Assembly (NCBI GenBank): GCA_038245905.1
Contig: JBBRRY010000005.1
Location: 64,001-128,000 of the forward strand
Length of the DNA stretch: 64,000 nt
Direction of reading: 5' to 3'
From: Thermoanaerobaculia bacterium
Lineage (GTDB): Bacteria; Acidobacteriota; Thermoanaerobaculia; UBA5066
Positions 57,195 through 64,000 of the stretch are shown here, piece by piece. Position 1 is the stretch's first letter. The number at the start of each line of letters is the position of its first letter. The notes beneath the pieces were generated by a model that saw only the letters and a list, made by a program, of their open reading frames with translations, was not told the DNA's origin and did not search any database. Both the position numbers and the translations under genes were made by a program.

Positions 57195-58166
57195 TCAGCT
57201 CGACATCATGCGCGCGAGGGCGAAGAGGGAGGGGTCGAGAGGTTTCGTCCCCGCGGCGACGTCGTCGAAGGGGGTAGACGACACGACGCCCTTGAGCTGG
57301 CCGACGAGCACGCCGGCCTCTCCCGCCACGAGTCGCCGGACGGCCTCCGCCCCGAGCCGTGTCGCAAGGAGCCGGTCGAAGGCCCCTGGCGAACCGCCCC
57401 GCTGCACGTGCCCGAGCTGCGTGACGCGGAGGTCGAAGCCGAGCCGCTTCTCGTTCTCACGGAAGTATTGCGCGAGCGCACGGGCGTTGTGGCGCGCCCC
57501 CTCGGCCACGACCACGATCGCGTGCCTCTTGCCTCGCTCGCGCGAAGCGTAGAGCTCCTGTGCGAGCGCCTCCGGGCTCGTCTCCATTTCCGGGATCACG
57601 ATCGCCTCTGCTCCGCCGGCGATTCCAGCCACCAGCGCGAGGTACCCGCAATCGCGCCCCATCACCTCGACGAGAAACGCCCGCTCGTGCGACGAGGCCG
57701 TCACCTTCAGGCGGTCGATGGCCTCGAGCGCGATGTTGAGGGCCGTGTCGACGCCGATCGTGATGTCGGAGCCCGGCAGGTCGTTGTCGATCGTCGAGGC
57801 CACACCTACCACGGCGAAACCGGCCTTTGCCAGCATGTTCGCGCCCATCTGCGAACCGTTTCCGCCGATCACGACCAGCCCTGTGACGCCGCGAGCCTTG
57901 AGCACGCCGAGCGCCTGCTCGCGTCCCACGGGCGTCTTGAACGCCTCGCAGCGGGCACTGCCGAGAATCGTGCCGCCCTGCTGGATGATTCCGCCGACGT
58001 CTCGCGGGCCGAGCGGGATCAGCTCGCCGCCGAGGAGGCCCGCGAAGCCGTGGCGGACTCCGGAAACGGTCCAGCCCTGCGCGATGCCGGCGCGCACGAC
58101 CGCGCGGATTGCCGCGTTCATGCCGGGCGCGTCGCCTCCGCTCGTGAGAACGGCCAGGTGGCTCAT
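57195..58166 (-). CDS. pfkA: ATP-dependent 6-phosphofructokinase
   Basis: TSGGDAPGMNAA, GGTILGSAR, TIDND, EVMGR, LGHVQRGG. Confidence 0.95.
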   Translation of the reverse strand: MSHLAVLTSGGDAPGMNAAIRAVVRAGIAQGWTVSGVRHGFAGLLGGELIPLGPRDVGGIIQQGGTILGSARCEAFKTPVGREQALGVLKARGVTGLVVIGGNGSQMGANMLAKAGFAVVGVASTIDNDLPGSDITIGVDTALNIALEAIDRLKVTASSHERAFLVEVMGRDCGYLALVAGIAGGAEAIVIPEMETSPEALAQELYASRERGKRHAIVVVAEGARHNARALAQYFRENEKRLGFDLRVTQLGHVQRGGSPGAFDRLLATRLGAEAVRRLVAGEAGVLVGQLKGVVSSTPFDDVAAGTKPLDPSLFALARMMSS

Positions 58167-58188
58167 GGGATCTCCTTTCGGCCCCGGT

Positions 58189-59559
58189 TCATGCGGGAGC
58201 GGCAAACGGCCACTCGGATTTCCGGCGGGCCGTAACGAGGTACGCGACGATGCCGGCGCCGAGAACAGCGAGCCCGGCCGCCTTGAATCCCTTCTCGGGC
58301 GAGAACAGGACGAAGCCCCACAGGAGGAGCGCGACGAACGCCGGCAACGGGTAGAGCCACATGCGGAACGGCCGAGCGAGATCCGGTCGTGTCTTCCTGA
58401 GGACGAGCGCCGCCGCGACCTGCGCGATGAACGGGATGATCGCCCGGATCGACACGATGGCCGAGACGACGACCTTGAGGTTCAGGAACGAGAACAGGGA
58501 GGCCGCGCCGCCGAGCGCGAGGAGCGCGACGACGGGATAGCCCTCCGTCGGATGCAGCTTCGCGAACACCGGGAAGAAGTTTCCGTCCCGCGCCGCGGCG
58601 AAGAGAATGCGCGAATAGCCGAGCGTCAGAGAGAATACCGACGCGAACGCGGTCCACAGGATGAGGCCCGTGACGAGGCGCGCGACGGGCCGCCCCGCGA
58701 GGACCGCGACGAAGTCCGCGACCGTGGATTTCGAGCTCATCGCCTGCTGCATCGGGAGGACCGACACGATGCAGGCGTTCATCAGAATGTAGAGGACCGC
58801 CACGGAGAGAATCGAGATCACGATGACGCGCGGAATCGTCTTCGTGGGCTCCTTGATCTCCTCGGCGAGATAGCAGACGTTGTAGTAGCCGAGGTAGTCG
58901 TACACGGCGAGGATCAGCGCAAGGCCGAGTCCTCCGAAGATGCCCGCGGGCGGTGGAATTCCAGGCGCGGACACGATGGGCGCCTCCCAGAACCGGAACG
59001 CCTCGAGCTTCAGGTGCGGGAGGCCGAGACCGATCACGATCCCGAGCGTCGCGAGGACGCCGATCCAGAGAACGATTGAGAACTTGCCGATCGCGCCGAT
59101 CCGGCGCATGAGGAGCAGCGTGACGGCGATGCAGAGGAGAGACGCGACGGGCGCCTCCCAGCGGTCCGGGATCTCCGGAAAGATGTAGTGTAGGTAGCGC
59201 GAGAAGCCGATCGCGCCCGAGGCCATCGAGAGAGGCGCGGAGAAGATGATCTGAAAGAGAAACAGGAAGGAGATGAGCCGGCCCCAGCGGGCGGGACCGT
59301 ACGCTTCCCTCAGAAAGGCGTAGGAGCCGCCGGCGCGCGGCAGCTCGGCCGAGAGCTCGGCCGTGACGAGCCCGTCCGCGATGGCGAGGACCGCGCCGAG
59401 GATCCACGCGCCGAGCGCGCGTCCCCCGCCCATCGCGGCGAGAATGAGAGGAAGGGTCACGAAGGGCCCGATCCCCACCATGTCGATGATGTTGAGCGCG
59501 GTGCCCTGCCAGAGGCCGATGTCGCGCTTGAGCCCGCCCTCCGCCGCCGGTGCCGCCAT
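58189..59559 (-). CDS. APC-family amino acid permease
   Basis: About 12 TM segments; MVGIGPF, AELSAELPRAGGSY, YDYLGY. Confidence 0.9.
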   Translation of the reverse strand: MAAPAAEGGLKRDIGLWQGTALNIIDMVGIGPFVTLPLILAAMGGGRALGAWILGAVLAIADGLVTAELSAELPRAGGSYAFLREAYGPARWGRLISFLFLFQIIFSAPLSMASGAIGFSRYLHYIFPEIPDRWEAPVASLLCIAVTLLLMRRIGAIGKFSIVLWIGVLATLGIVIGLGLPHLKLEAFRFWEAPIVSAPGIPPPAGIFGGLGLALILAVYDYLGYYNVCYLAEEIKEPTKTIPRVIVISILSVAVLYILMNACIVSVLPMQQAMSSKSTVADFVAVLAGRPVARLVTGLILWTAFASVFSLTLGYSRILFAAARDGNFFPVFAKLHPTEGYPVVALLALGGAASLFSFLNLKVVVSAIVSIRAIIPFIAQVAAALVLRKTRPDLARPFRMWLYPLPAFVALLLWGFVLFSPEKGFKAAGLAVLGAGIVAYLVTARRKSEWPFAAPA

Positions 59560-59633
59560 CCGCGCACCTTACATGAGCACGAAGAAGGAAATCGGAGAGA
59601 ATTATTTCTTCGAAAGGGTTAGGTGCCGGCGCC

Positions 59634-60098
59634 TCAGGTCAGAACTTGAGACCTCCGCCGAGCCGCACCATGTCGTCGGCCGTGAAACTTGCCCATCGGT
59701 CCCAGACAGCTTTCAGGAGCCAGGCGGGCCGATCGAAGTAGACGCTGGCCCGTTCCGAGGCGCACGTCGACGACCGACGAGGCGTACACCCTGTCGTAAT
59801 GGTCGAGATGCACGCCCGCGCCGAAGGCGATTGAGCCGTTCAGGTTCGATAGCGCCCAGCCAGCCCGTGACGTCGCCGAACCGCTTTCGAATGTTGACGT
59901 CGAATTGGATCTGATGGCCGAGCACATATAGCTCGGCGGACGCCTTGCCGTTCAGGTCGTCGGCCCTCTCGACGGGCGTCGAGGGCGCTTCCGTTGACCC
60001 ATCGTCTTCCGCTCCGACCGCCCCGTGCGCCAGCAACATGCCGACAAGCAGGACCCGAGCGCCCGAGTCCCAGTTCGCCACGTGGGTTCTCACCATGC
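59634..60098 (-). pseudogene. Possible frameshifted remnant of an exported beta-strand-rich protein
   Basis: Signal-like N-terminus and amphipathic strands spread over two frames. Confidence 0.3.
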
Positions 60099-60131
60099 CT
60101 ATTCTCGCGTAGAATTCGCGACTTGAGTCGC

Positions 60132-60485
60132 ATGCGACGCCTAGCCGCCAGATCCGCCGCCGCACTCCTCGTCGCGGCCCTTCTCGCCCCTGTATTCGAG
60201 GCGGGTGCTGTGCTGGCCGACGACCTGAAGGACCTCGCCGCGGGCAACACCGGCCTCTCGGACGACCCCGAGACGCCCGGCCCCGACCTCTACGCTCCCC
60301 GCCCCTGGGGCGACGACGTCCCGGACATGCCTTCGCTCCTCGTGCTCGACGCGCCCGCCGACGCCGCGGAGGCGTTCGAGCCGCGGCCCGTCGAGCCCGT
60401 CGTTCCCGCCTGCCGCGATCTCTCCCCCTGCGACCCCAATGCGCGCGCGATCGCGGCGCGCGGTCCCCCGCTTCTCCTTTCTTAG
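60132..60485 (+). CDS. Signal-peptide-bearing leader protein ending in RGPP (DUF2946/CzcI-like position)
   Basis: MRRLAARSAAALLVAALL..ARGPPLLLS*, directly upstream of the efflux operon. Confidence 0.7.
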   Translation: MRRLAARSAAALLVAALLAPVFEAGAVLADDLKDLAAGNTGLSDDPETPGPDLYAPRPWGDDVPDMPSLLVLDAPADAAEAFEPRPVEPVVPACRDLSPCDPNARAIAARGPPLLLS

Positions 60486-60540
60486 CTCTTCCCGCCGAAG
60501 ACGCTGAAGAGGCGGCGCCCGACGCCGCCGGAGGAGACCC

Positions 60541-61827
60541 GTGAGGACCCTGATCTGCCTGATGGTGGGCACTCTCGCCGTTCCCGCGTTCTGTGCCCGC
60601 GGCGAGGAGCCGCCGCGCGTGACGCTCGCCGAGGCGCTCCGCCTCGCGCGCGAGAACAACCCCGACCTCCTCGGCGCCCGGGCCGACGTCGAGTCCGCGC
60701 GCGCCCAGAGGACGGCCGCCGCGCTACTCCCGAATCCCGTCCTGTCCTACTCGACCTCGAAGATCCCCACGGACGGGACACGCGCAGGCACCGTCTACGG
60801 CAACGACTTCTACAGCCGGGCCTACGACACGGTCGTGTCCGCGTCCCAGCTCGTCGAGATCGGCGGCAAGCGCACGAGCCGCCGGACCTCGGCGGACGAA
60901 GGTGTGGCCGGCGCCTCCGCGCGGCTCACGGATGTCGCGCGGCTGCTCGACGCGGCAGTCGTGCGGGCGTACACCGCCGCCGGCGTGACGCGCGAGAGCG
61001 CGATCATCGCGCGCGAGACGGCTGCCTCGTTTGGAAAGACCGCGGGGATCGCGGAGGAGCGCGAGGCCGCGGGAGAGATCTCTCTCTCAGAGAAGACGCA
61101 GATCGAAATAGCCGCCGGCCGCTTTCTCGCGGATGCAGCACAGGCCGACCTCGCGTACGCCAACTCGGCCCGCACCCTGGGTGCGCTGTTGAGCCTGCCC
61201 GCGGCCTCCCCGGCCGAGGATCTCGAGGCCGCTCACGAGATCATTTCGCCCAACCCCGCGGGAACGCCGGATGACGACGAGACCTGGCTCGCGCGCCGAC
61301 CCGATCTCGCGGCGCTCGAGGCGGCTGTCCGAAAAGCGGAGGCCGAACTCGCCCTCCAGAAGGCCTTTCGCGTGCCCGACCCCACGCTCCTCGCACAATA
61401 CGAAAGACAGCCGCCGGACCAGCGGAACACAGTGGGGTTTGGCGTTTCGTTCCCGCTGCCCGTTTTCAACCTCAACGGAGGCGCGATCCGCGCGATCCAG
61501 GTGGCTGTAGAAACTACCAAGCGCGACCTCACCCGCGGACGCGTCCGAGTCCGGCAGGACCTCGCCGCCACGCGCGACGCCCTCGAAACCGCGCGCGCAC
61601 GGGCCGTCCGCCTCGTGAACGATCTCCTCCCGAAGTCCAAGACGGTACGCGACACCGTGCGCTTCGCGTACGAGCAGGGCGCCGCCTCGCTTCTCGAGCT
61701 CCTCGAAGCCGAACGCAACGCCAACGAAATCCGCCTCGCCGCGGTCTCCGCGCGCGGGGATCTCATCACCGCCCGTGTCGACTTCCTCACCGCGCGGCCC
61801 GGCGCGCCCGCCCAGGAGACACCATGA
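60541..61827 (+). CDS. TolC/CzcC-family outer membrane efflux protein
   Basis: LARENNPDL, LLPNP, PLPVFNLNGG, AYEQGAASLLELLEA. Confidence 0.9.
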   Translation: MRTLICLMVGTLAVPAFCARGEEPPRVTLAEALRLARENNPDLLGARADVESARAQRTAAALLPNPVLSYSTSKIPTDGTRAGTVYGNDFYSRAYDTVVSASQLVEIGGKRTSRRTSADEGVAGASARLTDVARLLDAAVVRAYTAAGVTRESAIIARETAASFGKTAGIAEEREAAGEISLSEKTQIEIAAGRFLADAAQADLAYANSARTLGALLSLPAASPAEDLEAAHEIISPNPAGTPDDDETWLARRPDLAALEAAVRKAEAELALQKAFRVPDPTLLAQYERQPPDQRNTVGFGVSFPLPVFNLNGGAIRAIQVAVETTKRDLTRGRVRVRQDLAATRDALETARARAVRLVNDLLPKSKTVRDTVRFAYEQGAASLLELLEAERNANEIRLAAVSARGDLITARVDFLTARPGAPAQETP

Positions 61828-62996
61828 AGACTCGCGTCATCGCCACCGCGTTCGCTGCGGTCCTCGCCGCCATGCCCGCGGGGTGCCTGAAGACGCCCTC
61901 GCCCTCGGCCGATCCGCCGGCGCCTCGCGTGGACGGCGACGCCATCACGTTCTCCGAGGGCGCGCCGCAGCTTCCCTCCTTCGCCGTCGAGGCCACCGTC
62001 CGCGAGACTGCGCCCCCCGTCTCCGTGACGGGGCGCCTTGCGTGGGACGAAGACGCGACCGTCCGCATCCTGCCGCCCGTCGCGGGGCGTATCGTCGCGC
62101 TCAAGCGCACCGTCGGCGCGCGCGTCTCCGCCGGCGACATTCTCGCGGAGCTCTCGTCGCCCGACTTCGGGCAGGCGCAGGCGGACGCGGCCAGGGCCGC
62201 GGCCGACCTCGCGTCCGCAACCCGAACACGAGATCGCGCCTCGCGGCTCACCGAGCGCGGCGCCGCGCCCCGCAAGGACCTCGACGCAGCAGAAGCGGAC
62301 CTTGCCCGCGCGAGGGCCGAGTCCTCTCGCACCTCCGCCCGCCTCGCCCGCTGGGGCGGCGATCTCGCCGGCCTCGGCGACCCCACGCATGGCCTCGACC
62401 AGCTCTTCCGTCTTCCCTCGCCGCTCCCTGGAGTGGTCGTCGAACGCAACGCAAACCTCGGCCAGGAAGCGCGGCCGGACGCGACGGCGCCGCTGTTCGT
62501 CGTCTCGAATCCACGAAGCCTGTGGGTCTGGCTCGACGTGACCGAGCGCGACCTGTCGCTCCTCGCGCCGGGTGACCGGCTCGCCGTCCGCTCCGCAGCG
62601 TGGCCCGTGCGCGTCTTCGAAGGCCGCCTCGCGCTCGTCGGGGATGCGCTCGACCCGGCGACGCGCACCGTGCGCGCCCGGGGCCGCATCGATAACCCCG
62701 AGGGTCTTCTGAAGGCCGAGATGTACGTGACCGTCGAGGTCTCCGGCAAGGGCGCACCGTCCGCGGCCGTCGTCCCGGCCCGTGCCGTCCTTGGCGACGG
62801 GGCGGCGCGCTGGTGCTTCGTGGAGGACGGACCCCGCCGATTCCGTCGGACGCGCGTCACGGTCGGGTCCGAGCGCGGTGGAAAAGTTCCCGTCCTCTCG
62901 GGCCTCTCCGCGGGTGCACGCGTCGTGACGGACGGGAGCCTCCTCCTCTCGTCGCTCTACGCGTCGGCGGGCGAGAAGACGGGAGACAAGAAGTGA
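61824..62996 (+). CDS. RND periplasmic adaptor (CzcB/CusB-like)
   Basis: Lipobox-like PAGC, SPLPGVV, LDPATRTVRAR, LKAEMY. Confidence 0.9.
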   Translation: MKTRVIATAFAAVLAAMPAGCLKTPSPSADPPAPRVDGDAITFSEGAPQLPSFAVEATVRETAPPVSVTGRLAWDEDATVRILPPVAGRIVALKRTVGARVSAGDILAELSSPDFGQAQADAARAAADLASATRTRDRASRLTERGAAPRKDLDAAEADLARARAESSRTSARLARWGGDLAGLGDPTHGLDQLFRLPSPLPGVVVERNANLGQEARPDATAPLFVVSNPRSLWVWLDVTERDLSLLAPGDRLAVRSAAWPVRVFEGRLALVGDALDPATRTVRARGRIDNPEGLLKAEMYVTVEVSGKGAPSAAVVPARAVLGDGAARWCFVEDGPRRFRRTRVTVGSERGGKVPVLSGLSAGARVVTDGSLLLSSLYASAGEKTGDKK

Positions 62997-64000
62997 TCCG
63001 CGGCGTCGTCGCGTGGGTGCTCCGCCGCCGGGCCATCGCTCTCGCGCTCCTCCTCGTCTTCGTCGTCTTCGGCGTCCGCGCGTTCCTGAGACTCCCCGTC
63101 GAGGCGTATCCCGACGTCACGAACGTCCAGGCCCAGATCATCACTCTCTTTCCGGGGCATGCCGCCGAGGAGGTCGAGCGCCTCGTCACGATTCCGCTCG
63201 AGAACGAGATGAACGGGATCCCGAAGCGCGCGTCCATGCGCTCGATCTCGATTTTCGGGCTCTCGGTCGTCACGATCGTTTTTGAGGACGACGCGGACCG
63301 CGCTTACGTCCGAAACCAGTCCTTCGAGCGCCTCCAGTCCGTAAACCTCCCTCAGGGCGCGCAGGCAAACCTCTCACCCGACTCGACGCCGGTGGGCGAG
63401 ATCTACCGCTACACGCTTGCGGGCCCGCCCGCCTTCTCCGCTCTCGAGCTCAAGTCCCTCGAGGACTGGGTCGTCGAACGAAAACTCCGGACGGTACCCG
63501 GCGTCGTCGACGTCGTGGGCTTCGGAGGTCCCACGAAGCAATACCAGGTCAACGTGGACCCCCTCAAGCTCAAATCCTACGGCCTCACGCTCGCACAGGT
63601 CTTCGACGCGCTCTCGAAGGGCAACCGCAATGCGGGCGGCGCCTACATCGAGCACGGCGCCGAGATGTACGTCGTACGCGGCCTCGGCCTCGTCCAGTCG
63701 ACGGACGACATCGGCGAGATCGCGGTCGTGACGCGGAACGGAACGCCCGTCAGGATCCGCGATGTCGCGTCCACGGGCGTCGGCCCGCGCATCCGACTCG
63801 GGCGGGTCGGGAAGACCGTCGGCGGATCCGACGAGGACGACGTGGTGCAGGGAATCGTCCTCCTGCGCAAGGGCGAGAACGCCCTCGAGGTCCTCGAGCG
63901 CATCCGCTCGAAGGTTGGCGAAATCAACCGCTCCGGCCTCCCGCCGGGTGTGACGATCGTCCCGCACTACGACCGCACCGCGCTCATCGACCGGACTCTC
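62993..64000 (+). CDS. CzcA/CusA-family heavy-metal RND transporter (3'-truncated by the window edge)
   Basis: GTG 62993 overlaps the adaptor stop. LPVEAYPDVTN, EVERLVTIPLE, RSISIFGLS, GEIYRY, YDRT. Confidence 0.92.
   Translation, partial: MIRGVVAWVLRRRAIALALLLVFVVFGVRAFLRLPVEAYPDVTNVQAQIITLFPGHAAEEVERLVTIPLENEMNGIPKRASMRSISIFGLSVVTIVFEDDADRAYVRNQSFERLQSVNLPQGAQANLSPDSTPVGEIYRYTLAGPPAFSALELKSLEDWVVERKLRTVPGVVDVVGFGGPTKQYQVNVDPLKLKSYGLTLAQVFDALSKGNRNAGGAYIEHGAEMYVVRGLGLVQSTDDIGEIAVVTRNGTPVRIRDVASTGVGPRIRLGRVGKTVGGSDEDDVVQGIVLLRKGENALEVLERIRSKVGEINRSGLPPGVTIVPHYDRTALIDRTL

Overview
GC-rich bacterial chromosomal segment. Gene content and protein style suggest Acidobacteriota, probably Thermoanaerobaculia (inference). 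Most of it is housekeeping: a CCA-family nucleotidyltransferase, a PilT-like ATPase, lexA, the argR-C-B-D-G-H-J operon with tandem ARG boxes, ggt, a Ser/Thr kinase, an EF-G paralogue, lysS-lolC-lolD-clpC-bamA-skp-lpxD-fabZ-lpxA, hpt, ridA, ltaE, def, rnc, pfkA, four tRNAs (Pro, Phe, Leu, Cys) and the start of a CzcCBA-type efflux operon. There are also small accessory pieces: a lower-GC islet of secreted propeller proteins, two VapBC loci (one with a deleted toxin) and several gene remnants. I saw no integrase, transposase, CRISPR array or rRNA. The most interesting observations are: (1) a DsbD whose thioredoxin domain is split and permuted around the membrane domain, coupled to a CxxC-TPR gene; (2) an RGPP-ending leader ORF with an anti-SD element upstream of the metal efflux operon, a candidate ribosome-arrest regulator; (3) a ~230-aa C-terminal domain shared by two unrelated secreted proteins, a candidate lineage-specific surface-sorting or anchoring module; (4) a nested SD+ATG that could express the PilT coiled-coil tail separately; (5) a candidate non-canonical LexA operator, plus frequent leaderless or non-ATG starts. 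All calls come from manual reading and no searches were run.
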